Positions 1 to 9,231 are shown, counted from the stretch's first letter. The stretch is DNA of 57,209 nt from Candidatus Saccharimonadia bacterium (GCA_038230095.1 JBBRNT010000007.1:1-57209), one strand, 5' to 3'. Made by a program: numbers and translations. The notes: generated from the sequence alone by a model not told the origin.

Positions 1-1741
1 GATTTGTACCGACAGAAGTGAAGTCGTCGTTATTCAGGTTACTAAACCAGCGATAGGCCGCCTGGTTGAGACTAGCTGAGGGTATAACGCGCCAGTAGGC
101 GAACGAAAAGTCGGAGTTAATATTGGCCGGCAGCCCGGTCTCGAGTGCCGCCGAGCTATCGGCGTTGGTCCAGGTAAAGGCTGGTGCGGCCGTCATGATA
201 AGGCGCTTGGCAAACAGGTCATTGTTGGCATCGGCAAATGTAAGCATGAGGCGGTCTTTGTTTAAAGGGTCATGCTCCAGCTGCATCCATCTGAAGGCCG
301 CTGGCGTGGGGGCTTCGGCAAAGTCGGTCTGGACAGTAAAGGTGCCCGCGTTGCCGGCGTAGTAACTAATACTGGTAGCAGTGGCACTAGCATCAGCATA
401 GGTCACAATGCTGCGGGTAGTCGCGCCGCTAGTGAGCCAGCTTGTAGACACGAGCTTGGTACCGGCAGCGGGGGTGCTACAGCTGGTATCTACATTGGCT
501 GTATTTGTCCAGGCCGTACCGCTCCAGTAGCCTATCTGGAGGTCCGAGCCAGCATTACCAATTGAGGCAAAGACCATCTCATCGGAATTGGGGTTGGCCG
601 ATAGGCTCAGATTGGTTGCATCGTCGGCGAAGGTTGGGGGCGTAGTAACTGCCGTCCAGGTGCAGGCTGCTATGCCCCCTGTGCAGGTACGGTAGCGTAC
701 CCCATTGGTACCATTATTGCCGGCGGAGTTGGCCCAGACCATCATGACGTCGCCAGATGTAGACTCATAAGCGACATCAAAGTCGTCAATGTCTTGAGCG
801 GCCGCAACTACCTCCAACGAGGTCTCGCTGGCGGCGGCTGGCTCATTGCTCCAGGCCGTGCCACTCCACTGCATAGCAGAGAGATCGCTATTGGCATCGG
901 CCCAGGCGGCGGTGATAAGGCTTTGGCCGGCCCGCCGGTCCCAGGCTAGCTTGACCCACTGCACTACTCCGGTGGTACGAACGGGATCTAGATTGGTGGC
1001 AGCTGCCCAGTTGGACGTACCGCAGGCGGTGCCGCCAGGCTTGGTACGGTAGGCCAGCTCATTGGTGGCACCGGCGTTTGTCGAGTACAAGACCATGGCG
1101 TCACCAGTACTCGTCTCATAGGCAATGTCGAAACGTCTCGTGGTACCCGTACCACCCACCGTAATGTTCCAGTCCTGCGACCAAGAAATACCGTCATAGC
1201 AGGAAACACGTAGTACGCCGCTGGCGTCGACGTAGCCGACTATGGCCTCGAGCTTAGTCGGCGAAGTGCGAGTCACAAATGTAGTACCAGTGCCACCGGC
1301 CACTGTGCCACTTGCGGCGCCAAAGGAGTTGGCTGCGCCATTGTAAGTACGGCTCTGGGGTGTAGTATTGGCGGTTTGGCCGTAGACAATCAGGCCATCG
1401 CCAGAGGCTACCGCACGGGTGCGAGGGATAAGTAACCACGTAACAAGCCCCAGAAAGGCAATGAAAATAAGTGCGGATGCCATGACCCGGACATACCACG
1501 GCCGGCCGGGTGTTTGATCGGAAAAGTCGGGCCGGAGTGGCTGTGCTGGCTGGGGCTGGTAAGCGGCCGGCGCTGGAGAAGCAGCTAGCTTGGGACGGGG
1601 CTTGGGCGCGGGATTATTCTTGGCCCGTTTGCGTTTCAGACCTGGTTTGACGGCGCGCAAATCCAGGCTGGCAGGCATAGGCTTACCAGACTCGGAAAGC
1701 GAGCGATATGGTCCATCAAATTTTCCCAAAGCGGGGGTCAC
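1..1741 (-). CDS. Large membrane-anchored surface protein, 3' end runs off the window (absent from the ORF track)
   Basis: Hand translation from GTG 1741 (GGAGAG upstream) or ATG 1678: basic/Pro-rich N-terminus, TM segment (ALIFIAFLGLVTWLLI), then Thr/Ser/Gly-rich beta-type sequence with a repeated motif FDIAYETSTGDAMVLY / FDVAYESTSGDVMMVW. The same frame reads LNQAAYRWFSN at the window edge. The middle was not translated codon by codon. Confidence 0.85.
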   Translation of the reverse strand, partial: MTPALGKFDGPYRSLSESGKPMPASLDLRAVKPGLKRKRAKNNPAPKPRPKLAASPAPAAYQPQPAQPLRPDFSDQTPGRPWYVRVMASALIFIAFLGLVTWLLIPRTRAVASGDGLIVYGQTANTTPQSRTYNGAANSFGAASGTVAGGTGTTFVTRTSPTKLEAIVGYVDASGVLRVSCYDGISWSQDWNITVGGTGTTRRFDIAYETSTGDAMVLYSTNAGATNELAYRTKPGGTACGTSNWAAATNLDPVRTTGVVQWVKLAWDRRAGQSLITAAWADANSDLSAMQWSGTAWSNEPAAASETSLEVVAAAQDIDDFDVAYESTSGDVMMVWANSAGNNGTNGVRYRTCTGGIAACTWTAVTTPPTFADDATNLSLSANPNSDEMVFASIGNAGSDLQIGYWSGTAWTNTANVDTSCSTPAAGTKLVSTSWLTSGATTRSIVTYADASATATSISYYAGNAGTFTVQTDFAEAPTPAAFRWMQLEHDPLNKDRLMLTFADANNDLFAKRLIMTAAPAFTWTNADSSAALETGLPANINSDFSFAYWRVIPSASLNQAAYRWFSNLNNDDFTSVGTN

Positions 1742-1818
1742 CTCTCCACAAAAGTGTGACCCAATTATAGCATTAGCGCTATCTGAAAAACAGATAGAAA
1801 AACATTACTCTGGCGCTC

Positions 1819-2083
1819 CTAAAAAACATTAAAAGAACCTGGCTGCCAGTCCTCGAGCAAGAGCGCAATGCTCCTCTCGTTCAGAGGCAGCCCGTAGAAC
1901 TGTGCGCCATACTCACTGACAAAGCCTTCGAGCCGCGCCAGTCGGCGTCATTGCTCAAAAATCTCAGCAAGTTGGCCAAGTGCCACCGGGGCGGTGAACA
2001 CACCAGCGCAGGCACGGTCGCACGCTTTGGCTACAACCGGGTAGGCGCGCTTCAGTCCCGAAGAAGAACCTGGGATTACCGCA
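1819..2083 (-). pseudogene. pyrC: Degraded C-terminal fragment of dihydroorotase (E. coli-type PyrC)
   Basis: Reads GNPRFFFGT(D)SAP(H)PVVAKACDRACAGVFTAPVALGQLAEIFEQ*RRLARLEGFVSEYGAQFYGLPLNE, matching the PyrC motifs FLGTDSAPH, CAGxFxAP and GxQFYGLP. Requires two 1-nt deletions and has an in-frame TGA at 1948-1950. Confidence 0.8.
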
Positions 2084-2087
2084 AGAC

Positions 2088-2125
2088 AAATAAAATGACC
2101 TACCCAACGGTAGGTCATTTTATTT
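2088..2125 (-). terminator. Intrinsic terminator after tRNA-Leu(GAG)
   Basis: Inverted repeat aaataaaatgacctac-ccaacg-gtaggtcattttattt. Confidence 0.8.
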
Positions 2126-2210
2126 GGTGCGCGAGAGAGGACTTGAACCTCCACACCCTTGCGGGCACCAGCCCCTCATGCTGGCGTGTATACCATTTCA
2201 CCACTCGCGC
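2125..2210 (-). tRNA. tRNA-Leu(GAG)
   Basis: 86-nt cloverleaf with long variable arm, anticodon stem CCAGC/GCTGG, loop ATGAGGG, GTTCAA T-loop and encoded CCA. Confidence 0.95.
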
Positions 2211-2230
2211 GCGTATGTCGCAGTAACGCT

Positions 2231-2265
2231 GCATACTCTCAACAACATTGTTGTTGAGAGTATGC
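2231..2265. repeat. Perfect 35-bp palindrome (17-bp arms) in the tRNA-Leu(GAG) leader
   Basis: gcatactctcaacaaca-t-tgttgttgagagtatgc. Confidence 0.9.
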
Positions 2266-2289
2266 CTGGGTAATAGTCGGGAAAGTACG

Positions 2290-2321
2290 GGTTAGAACTG
2301 TCAAATGATAGCTTATTTTGG
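2290..2321 (-). promoter_or_regulatory. 32-bp element upstream of tRNA-Leu(GAG), identical to 9200-9231 (inverted)
   Basis: ccaaaataagctatcatttgacagttctaacc occurs upstream of both tRNA-Leu genes. Confidence 0.8.
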
Positions 2322-2333
2322 TGAATTGATCAA

Positions 2334-2669
2334 TTAGCCAATGAGAAAGCCAAAGAAGATGGCGGCTAGGCCAGTGAGCAGAATCAGTGGGCAGAGGACG
2401 AAACGATTGAGGTTGTAGTAAGCCAGCTTGGGCTCGTTGAGGCGATTGAGCCAGGCAGACTTGCTCGGCTTGTACCGACCGGTGTAGTCCTCCCAGATGC
2501 CCGGGGCATTGGCCAGTACCAGCAGCGATCCAAGAACCATTACTGCACCAATCCCGGTCATGCCAATGGCTGGCTTGTAGACGAAAAGTACGGCGAAAAG
2601 GACAAACAGATCGAAAAACGCCCATTGGGCAAAGCGCGAGCTGTTTTTTGGGGTCTTTTTGGTGGGCAT
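2334..2669 (-). CDS. Small membrane protein (about 3 TM), hypothetical
   Basis: 111 aa with hydrophobic segments; AGGAGG SD overlaps the upstream stop codon. Confidence 0.75.
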   Translation of the reverse strand: MPTKKTPKNSSRFAQWAFFDLFVLFAVLFVYKPAIGMTGIGAVMVLGSLLVLANAPGIWEDYTGRYKPSKSAWLNRLNEPKLAYYNLNRFVLCPLILLTGLAAIFFGFLIG

Positions 2670-2677
2670 GAGTCCTC

Positions 2678-4306
2678 CTAGGTGTGTGGCATGTGGTCGT
2701 AGAGATGCTTCATGGAGTACTCCTTGCGGACCAGCGGCTTTATATCGGCTTGTGTCACGTCTATCTTCACCCGGCTATTCAGGAACCCGTAGGGGTCAAA
2801 GATTTTCTTGGTTTGCTGGAAGACTCGGTACATGTCCTTGCCGTACAGCTTGGGCAAGTAAGGGGCGCGCATGAGGCCATCATTGTGCTCACCGCAGGTG
2901 GTACCACCCAGCTTCATGACCATATTGTAGAACTCATCGGCCACGGTAAAGATCATGTCGCGATCGACCTTCTTGCTTAGATCAAACCACGGCTGCATAT
3001 GGAAATTAGCATTCCCGGCGTGCCCCCAGACGGCCATCTTGAGCTTGTGCTTACCAAGTATTTTGTAAACATTCTCAAAGAAGATCGGGAGCTTCTCCAC
3101 CGGAACACACCCGTCTTCAATGATAGGCAGCGCCTTTTCTTTGCCTTCGGTCATCCAGATAACAGCTGCGGCGGAACGACGGATCTTCCAGAGGCGGTCT
3201 TGTTCCAGCGGGTCCTGGGAAAGGCGCTGGGACGTGGCAAACTTCTTGTATATGCGCGCAGCCTTACGGGCCTTGCTGTTCTGACGGAAGCGCGAGCTAT
3301 CGTCAAACTCTGTAAGTACAACAATCTTGGGTAGCTTTTCGGGGATAAGCCCATCTAGGGTGCCGGGCTTATGCTCCATGACGAACTTCAGAAGGTTCTC
3401 GTCGACAATTTCCATGGCGCTAGGCTTCAGCGGCCCGAGCTTGAGCACCGCCTGCCCCACCTTCTTGAGATCGTCAAAGTAGCCTACCACTAAGGTGGTT
3501 TTGGGATTAAAGTCGGCGGTTTTAAGCGTTACCTCGGTGACCACCCCCAGAGTACCCTGGGAGCCGACGAATAGCTGGCCTAGGTCAAACGAGCCATCGT
3601 CGGGGTCTTTGACGTGCCAGAGCGCGTAGCCAGATGCGTTCTTGGTGGTATGCGGCGGCGCGTTGCGGATAAGGTCCCAGTTATCTGTGATCAGATTGTC
3701 CACGGCCCGGTACACCTCGCCCTCGAAATTAGCCTGACCTTTCTTGCGGTTAAGCTCCCGAGAGCTCAGTCGCTTGGTCTCAATGAGGCTGCCATCGGCG
3801 AGTACTACCTTGAGTGACTTTACGAAGTTGCGTGTGGCACCATACTTGATCGTCTTCTCACCACAGGCGTTATTGGCAACTGCGCCACCAATTGTAGAGA
3901 AATCTATGCTTGAGGGGTAAGGGGGGAGGAACTGCTTGTGGCTATGAAGCGTGTTTTGCAGATCGCGGTACAACATGCCCGGCTGGACTGTCACCTCATG
4001 CTTATCGAGGCTAATGAGCTTGTTCATGTAGGCCGGGAACACTACCATGACCCCATCCCCTAGCGCACCACCGGCCTGGTCTGTCCCCTTGCCGCGGGCC
4101 GTCAGACTTATTGGCTTACCGCTGGCAGCTCGACCCGCCAGGTACTCTACGGTCTTCTGTACATCTGTGGTGTGCTTCGGGTAGATAACGCCCTCGGGCA
4201 TAAGCTCGAAAATACTGCCATCGGTGGAGAAGTATTTCCGCACATCGGTGGCAGTAGTTATCTCACCGTCGAGCTGGCTGATTAGGTCTTGAACTAGCTT
4301 TTTCAT
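2678..4306 (-). CDS. FAD-binding oxidoreductase, VAO/PCMH (GlcD / D-lactate dehydrogenase-like) family
   Basis: RGKGTDQAGG, PPYPSS...STIGGAVANNACG, GSQGTLGVVTE, GHAGNANFH and GEHNDG motifs. Confidence 0.9.
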   Translation of the reverse strand: MKKLVQDLISQLDGEITTATDVRKYFSTDGSIFELMPEGVIYPKHTTDVQKTVEYLAGRAASGKPISLTARGKGTDQAGGALGDGVMVVFPAYMNKLISLDKHEVTVQPGMLYRDLQNTLHSHKQFLPPYPSSIDFSTIGGAVANNACGEKTIKYGATRNFVKSLKVVLADGSLIETKRLSSRELNRKKGQANFEGEVYRAVDNLITDNWDLIRNAPPHTTKNASGYALWHVKDPDDGSFDLGQLFVGSQGTLGVVTEVTLKTADFNPKTTLVVGYFDDLKKVGQAVLKLGPLKPSAMEIVDENLLKFVMEHKPGTLDGLIPEKLPKIVVLTEFDDSSRFRQNSKARKAARIYKKFATSQRLSQDPLEQDRLWKIRRSAAAVIWMTEGKEKALPIIEDGCVPVEKLPIFFENVYKILGKHKLKMAVWGHAGNANFHMQPWFDLSKKVDRDMIFTVADEFYNMVMKLGGTTCGEHNDGLMRAPYLPKLYGKDMYRVFQQTKKIFDPYGFLNSRVKIDVTQADIKPLVRKEYSMKHLYDHMPHT

Positions 4307-4380
4307 AGCGTAATCATAACAATTATATAGTGCTTATGCCACCGCTCGACCGTAGATCTGTAAATTGCTACAATAGAGCC

Positions 4381-5067
4381 ATGTCGCAGATAGCTGCGCC
4401 AATATTAGTGGAGAATTATGATATGAGTCGTGAAGCCAAAGTACTGAGCGGGATTGTTGCAGCGATAGTAGTGGGAATGGTGGGCTTGTTTCTAGCCACC
4501 AATAAGCCCGACGCTACCTTGAAGCCCACAGCCGACGCCGGTAAGCTTGTCCGTGATGACAGCTATAAGCAGGGAACGAGCAGCAAGGTCACAATTGTCG
4601 AGTTTGGTGACTACCAGTGTCCCGCTTGCGGCAACGCCTATCCGAACCTGAAGAAAGTAGTGGCCGAGAACAAGGACAGCGTCACCTTCGTGTTCCGCAA
4701 CTACCCCCTGCCTATGCATAAGAACGCTAAAGCAGCGGCTGAGGCCGCTGAGGCCGCGGGTGCTCAGGGAAAGTACTGGGAGATGCACGATATGCTCTAC
4801 GACAACCAAACGGCATGGCAGAGCTCCGGTACGCCAAGCATTATGTTTGCCGACTACGCCACCAAGATTGGTTTAGATGTGGATAAGTTCCGTGGCTATC
4901 TGAACGCGAACGATGGTGCGGCCCGCATCAAGGTGGATCAGGATGACGGCGATGCCCTCAAGGTGTCCTCTACCCCCACCATCTACGTCAATGGTAAGCA
5001 AGTGGCAGACTATAGCTATGATTCCCTAGCTGCTGCGGTAAGTGACGCGCTCAAGACTGCCCAATAG
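4381..5067 (+). CDS. DsbA/BdbD-family thiol-disulfide oxidoreductase (Thioredoxin_4)
   Basis: N-terminal TM, EFGDYQCPAC, FRNYPL, AAGAQGKYWEMHD, STPT. Start is ATG 4381 (leaderless) or 4423 (GGAG SD). Confidence 0.9.
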   Translation: MSQIAAPILVENYDMSREAKVLSGIVAAIVVGMVGLFLATNKPDATLKPTADAGKLVRDDSYKQGTSSKVTIVEFGDYQCPACGNAYPNLKKVVAENKDSVTFVFRNYPLPMHKNAKAAAEAAEAAGAQGKYWEMHDMLYDNQTAWQSSGTPSIMFADYATKIGLDVDKFRGYLNANDGAARIKVDQDDGDALKVSSTPTIYVNGKQVADYSYDSLAAAVSDALKTAQ

Positions 5068-5083
5068 TAGGCCTAGGACGGGT

Positions 5084-5112
5084 AAACGCCCTCTCATAGA
5101 GAGGGCGTTTTT
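5084..5112. terminator. Bidirectional intrinsic terminator
   Basis: aaacgccctctc-ata-gagagggcgttt between convergent genes. Confidence 0.8.
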
Positions 5113-5120
5113 GATGACTG

Positions 5121-5750
5121 CTAGCGCGGGCGGTGAATGCAGACGGCATGAGTGCCGGCAACCTGAGTTCGGACCTCTACCGCTGCACCGATCGTGATAA
5201 GGAGGGCAATCAGGTAGAGCAGGACTCGTCCTGGCCAGATCGAGTCAAAAACAATGAGGCTGGCACCGGCCCCAGCGATCCCCATCGAGACCCACATGTC
5301 GACCAGGAGATGAAACTTCCCCGAGGCCTCAACTGCGCCACTGCTATGCGCCAAGCGGTCATGAGCCAGACGGTTCATGATAACGCCAACCCAGGCAAGG
5401 CAGATTGTCCAGACTAGTTGCCGCCCTGACAGGCTGGCAAGATGGCCTGTTTCGAATATAGCGATAAGGGTAATCACTACGGATGGGGCAATTGTTCCGG
5501 TTATTCCTACTGCCAACGGCAGGCGGCAGACAAGGGCATGCGAGCGGCGGCGATGGACAATGTAGTCAATACCGGCGCCCAGCAACAAATGCAGGCTGTC
5601 CGCTAGGTTGTGAACCGCGTCTCCGAGGAGTAGCGGGTTGCGGGCTGGGTAGCCTATGACCAGCTCCAGCGCGCCGAATGCCACCATAATAAGCGCTGCC
5701 GACAACTGGCGTAGCGAAGAAGCATGCGCGTGGTCGTGGGAGTGCAACAT
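5121..5750 (-). CDS. Cation diffusion facilitator (CzcD-like), transmembrane domain only
   Basis: His-rich N-terminus, LLGDAVHNLAD and HLLVD metal-binding motifs, about 6 TM, no C-terminal domain. Confidence 0.75.
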   Translation of the reverse strand: MLHSHDHAHASSLRQLSAALIMVAFGALELVIGYPARNPLLLGDAVHNLADSLHLLLGAGIDYIVHRRRSHALVCRLPLAVGITGTIAPSVVITLIAIFETGHLASLSGRQLVWTICLAWVGVIMNRLAHDRLAHSSGAVEASGKFHLLVDMWVSMGIAGAGASLIVFDSIWPGRVLLYLIALLITIGAAVEVRTQVAGTHAVCIHRPR

Positions 5751-5828
5751 ATGGACCTTTCGAATGTACGAGGGATATCCCTAGATAGGCCGAATTGTAC
5801 CAGAAACTGGCGCTTTTGCGAGCGTAAG

Positions 5829-6557
5829 CTAGAAGGAAACCCGAGTGACCAGGAAGATGAATAGCGCGCCCAGTGCGGTGAGAAGTACCGTGAGCTTGGA
5901 AGGGTGCTTGGCATGGGCCTCGGGTAGGATGTCGCTGGCGCCAATGTAGAGCAAGAACCCAGCGAAGAAGCCTAGGTAGATAAGTAGTGAGCGTTCAGAA
6001 AGCGTGAACAGGAGCGTGGAGGCAGCGCCCAGGACTGGGGTAAGGGCGTCCAGGAGCAAGAAATAGACGGCTTTACGACGGCTATTCTTGTGAGAAAGCA
6101 TGAGGCTAACGGTATTAAGCCCGTCTGCAAAGTCGTGCGCAATCACGGCCAGTGCTACGGCAAGACCGACAGAGGTGTTAACCTGGAACGCCAGGCCAAT
6201 CCCTACGCCATCAAAGAAGCTGTGGCCGGCCAGGGCAAGCGCCGACACAACACCCACCTGCGGATGACGGTGGTCCTCGTACTCGGCCTCATGAGCATGG
6301 TGGATGATAGTCGTTTTCTCGATGGCATGGAAAGCCAGGAAGCCTAGTACCAGACCCGCCATGGCGAGCGTCGGATCCAGGCTATTCGTCTGGGCAATCT
6401 TAAATATTTCTGGCAGCAGGTCGAACGCAACGACGCCCAGAATAACACCTGCAGTGAATCCGAGAATGCGGTGCAGTCGGTCGGAGTTCTTTAGCGCAAA
6501 TATGCCGCCGGCCAGGGTGGAAACGAAGGTAGTGAGGGAAATAACTATAGGAACCAT
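5829..6557 (-). CDS. ZIP-family metal transporter
   Basis: LGFTAGVILG, DLLPE, His-rich loop, HSFFDG, AHDFADG, DILPEAH. Confidence 0.92.
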   Translation of the reverse strand: MVPIVISLTTFVSTLAGGIFALKNSDRLHRILGFTAGVILGVVAFDLLPEIFKIAQTNSLDPTLAMAGLVLGFLAFHAIEKTTIIHHAHEAEYEDHRHPQVGVVSALALAGHSFFDGVGIGLAFQVNTSVGLAVALAVIAHDFADGLNTVSLMLSHKNSRRKAVYFLLLDALTPVLGAASTLLFTLSERSLLIYLGFFAGFLLYIGASDILPEAHAKHPSKLTVLLTALGALFIFLVTRVSF

Positions 6558-6587
6558 ATGTTGCAAATATACGCCGATTTCTGTCTA

Positions 6588-6627
6588 ATGCAAATTACTT
6601 GCATATGCGTCTGTTTTTGCATATGAT
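6588..6627 (+). promoter_or_regulatory. Fur/Zur-gene promoter (TTGCAT-17-TATGAT) overlapped by the palindrome ATGCAA-ATTAC-TTGCAT
   Basis: Direct sequence inspection; lies between the divergent ZIP and Fur genes. Confidence 0.55.
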
Positions 6628-6633
6628 GGCGCC

Positions 6634-7056
6634 ATGGATAAAGAACTGCTATTTAAACAGGCTTTGGGCTTACAACGCGAGCGGGTGACCTCGCCTAGGC
6701 TGGGATTATTTCGAATCATGGTGCGAAAGAGCCCGCTGACAACTGCTACGCTCATTGCGGAAGCCGAAAAGCTGAGTATTGACCAGGCTACGTGCTACCG
6801 CAATCTAGCGTTGTTCCGCCGTATCGGACTCATTTCGGACATTGTAGTTGGCGGCCGGCGGATGGTCGAGCTTACCGATAGCTTTGGGGCGCACCACCAC
6901 CACTTCTCGTGCCGAAACTGTGGCAGGCTCATTGATTTCGACAGTCCAAGCCTAGAGACGGCAATCTCGGCTGCCGCAGCTGACCTTGGGGCCATCGTCT
7001 CAAGTCACCAGCTAGAGATTATTGGGGTATGCGCCCAATGCCGGGGTTTGACGTAG
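6634..7056 (+). CDS. Fur-family metalloregulator (Zur-like by context)
   Basis: RVTSPR, IDQATCYRNL HTH, HHHHFSCRNCG, GVCAQC. Confidence 0.92.
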   Translation: MDKELLFKQALGLQRERVTSPRLGLFRIMVRKSPLTTATLIAEAEKLSIDQATCYRNLALFRRIGLISDIVVGGRRMVELTDSFGAHHHHFSCRNCGRLIDFDSPSLETAISAAAADLGAIVSSHQLEIIGVCAQCRGLT

Positions 7057-7081
7057 CATTACCAGATTGCCGCCGTACATG

Positions 7082-7110
7082 TAGACATTTTCTGAATTAG
7101 CTGCTATAAT
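7082..7110 (+). promoter_or_regulatory. Sigma70-type promoter of the DEAD-box helicase
   Basis: TAGACA-17-TATAAT with extended TG. Confidence 0.7.
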
Positions 7111-7227
7111 GTAGCTAATCGTTTGGAATGAATACCCAGTCCCCTTGGATTAGATCTGGCCGTTCATTTTACCGATACCGGACACCCGAGTCCAAAATGA
7201 ACACCACCTAATAACGCAAAGGTATAC

Positions 7228-8433
7228 ATGCCACGCAAATCTTTTGGGTTGCCACAAAGCAACCGAAACCGCACCTTTTCAGGTCCGCGGTCTCACCACC
7301 CCGATCAAGTAAAAAACAAACGCGGGAGCTATATCCCCTCCGACCGCTTCATCCAGGCCGCTACACCAAAGGCTGAGGAAGTGGTATTCGTGCCCGAGCA
7401 CAGCTTTGCTGACTTCGGCCTAGACGCCCGCATTATGGCCAACCTGACGGCCCGCGGGTACACTCACCCCACTCCGATTCAGGACAAAACTATCGCTGCC
7501 GGACTAGCCGGACAGGACGTCCTGGGGCTAGCTAACACTGGTACTGGTAAAACAGCGGCCTTCCTGCTGCCTATCATCCACCGCATCCTGACAGGCGAGA
7601 CTAAGCGCGCGCTTATCCTGGCTCCGACCCGCGAGCTGGCCACCCAGATTGACGAAGAGTTCCGTGGCTTTGCCCGGGGCCTCGGTCTATATGACGCTAT
7701 CTGTGTCGGTGGTACCAATATTAACCCGCAGATTAACGCGCTGAAGCGCCGTCCGCAGATTATTATTGCCACACCCGGTCGCTTGAAAGACCTGATTAAC
7801 AACTACGGCCTGACTCTGAAGTCTAGCGATACGCTGGTACTGGATGAGTTTGACCGCATGCTGGACATGGGATTCATCCGCGATATTCAGTTTATTATGA
7901 GTGGCCTACCCGAAGTGCGCCAATCGCTGTTCTTCTCGGCTACGCTCAATGACGAAATTAAGCAGATGATCTCAACTATGCTCAAGGACCCAGTAACGGT
8001 GTCGGTTGTTCAGGGCCAAACTGCCTCGCAGATTGACCAAGACGTAGTCCGTGTGACTGGCCGTGATGAGAAATCCGCCGTGCTAGCCGATCTGTTGAAG
8101 AAGCCTGAATTTGAGAAGGTCATTATATTTGGCCAGACCAAGTACGGCGTCCAACGCCTAAGCGACAAGCTGGAGCAAGCTGGCTTCCGTGTAGCTGCCA
8201 TCCATGGTAATAAGAGCCAAGGCCAACGCCAGCGCGCTCTGCAAGACTTTAAGGCCGACCGCATCCAGGCGTTGATTGCTACAGACGTAGCCGCGCGTGG
8301 TCTGGACATTCCTAATGTCTCGCATGTGATCAACTACGACCAGCCTAACACCTACGATGACTACATCCACCGCATTGGCCGTACCGGCCGCGCTGGTAAG
8401 ACTGGTAAGGCATTGACCTTCGTCGAGCGTTAA
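7228..8433 (+). CDS. DEAD-box RNA helicase
   Basis: Q motif PTPIQ, ANTGTGKT, PTRELA, TPGR, DEFD, SAT, ARGLD, HRIGRTGR. Confidence 0.97.
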   Translation: MPRKSFGLPQSNRNRTFSGPRSHHPDQVKNKRGSYIPSDRFIQAATPKAEEVVFVPEHSFADFGLDARIMANLTARGYTHPTPIQDKTIAAGLAGQDVLGLANTGTGKTAAFLLPIIHRILTGETKRALILAPTRELATQIDEEFRGFARGLGLYDAICVGGTNINPQINALKRRPQIIIATPGRLKDLINNYGLTLKSSDTLVLDEFDRMLDMGFIRDIQFIMSGLPEVRQSLFFSATLNDEIKQMISTMLKDPVTVSVVQGQTASQIDQDVVRVTGRDEKSAVLADLLKKPEFEKVIIFGQTKYGVQRLSDKLEQAGFRVAAIHGNKSQGQRQRALQDFKADRIQALIATDVAARGLDIPNVSHVINYDQPNTYDDYIHRIGRTGRAGKTGKALTFVER

Positions 8434-8444
8434 GCCATCTGTAC

Positions 8445-8478
8445 CAAAGAAAAAGCCCCGTAAGGGGCTTTTTCTTTG
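8445..8478. terminator. Bidirectional intrinsic terminator
   Basis: caaagaaaaagcccc-gtaa-ggggctttttctttg. Confidence 0.85.
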
Positions 8479-8505
8479 CGAGAGGGCGAGTGAATATGGA
8501 CCGGA

Positions 8506-9015
8506 CTAGCTGGTGGCAGGCGTAGTACCCTCTGCTGGCGCCTCAACTGGAGGCATGCCGCCTTTCATGCCATGGCCACCGTGGCCGCGACGACCGAAGT
8601 CGTGCTCGAACTGAGCTGGAATACCGTTAGCTGTGGCCCAGGCCTTTTCGGCGGCACGATGCGTCTCCATAGCTGTCTTGCGCTCGGCATCGGTCTTGTC
8701 CCGGAGACTATCACGGAAGGTATGTTCCTCGGCCTCATGTGCGATAAGCTTATCTTCTTGCGTCTGGGTAAGCGTACCAGCCTTAACGGCCGCATCTAGC
8801 CGTGTTTTCTCTTCAGCTTCCCGAGCAGCCTGGTTCTGGGCCCGCTGCTGGTCGAAGACCGCCTGGACCTCTGTTTTACTAATGTGAAACTTGGCGACGA
8901 GCTTGTCGATGAGGCTGCCCTGGCTAGTGGAGCTGGCGGAGGCTAGACCAATGCCAGCCATAGAAGCCAGGCCGATGGTAGCTACGCTGCCGATTACTAA
9001 TAGCGACTTCTTCAT
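8506..9015 (-). CDS. Secreted helical hypothetical protein with Gly/His-rich tail
   Basis: Signal peptide, LDAAVKAGTLTQTQ motif, GAGG SD. Confidence 0.8.
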   Translation of the reverse strand: MKKSLLVIGSVATIGLASMAGIGLASASSTSQGSLIDKLVAKFHISKTEVQAVFDQQRAQNQAAREAEEKTRLDAAVKAGTLTQTQEDKLIAHEAEEHTFRDSLRDKTDAERKTAMETHRAAEKAWATANGIPAQFEHDFGRRGHGGHGMKGGMPPVEAPAEGTTPATS

Positions 9016-9199
9016 GTAGATTCCTCGTTACGTACTATGAGCGTTCATCTTAACCTTGGTCATATGCCGTTATGAGCACACTGTGCCTGGGCATTGCTTG
9101 TGACCGAGTTGATCGGAACTGTGGCTAGCATAGCGATGTCAGTTGAGTAAGGGCTGAAGCCGGTCTTCAGATTGCTCTCAGTATGGCTAGCCAAAGTAG

Positions 9200-9231
9200 C
9201 CAAAATAAGCTATCATTTGACAGTTCTAACC
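9200..9231 (+). promoter_or_regulatory. 32-bp element upstream of tRNA-Leu(CAG), identical to 2290-2321
   Basis: Exact match by alignment; followed by a TATTAT -10-like hexamer at 9245-9250. Confidence 0.8.

Noticed and set aside
123-1499. Short ORFs listed in the first 1.5 kb
   Set aside because: Explained as alternative-frame or antisense shadows of the large minus-strand surface-protein gene.
1948-1950. In-frame TGA in the pyrC fragment as recoding (genetic code 25)
   Set aside because: TGA terminates intact genes here (e.g. uvrB, transketolase N), and the fragment also carries frameshifts.
1948-2226. ORFs 1951-2226 (+) and 1948-2154 (-) as genes
   Set aside because: Both overlap the tRNA-Leu and its terminator; the minus ORF only captures part of the pyrC remnant.
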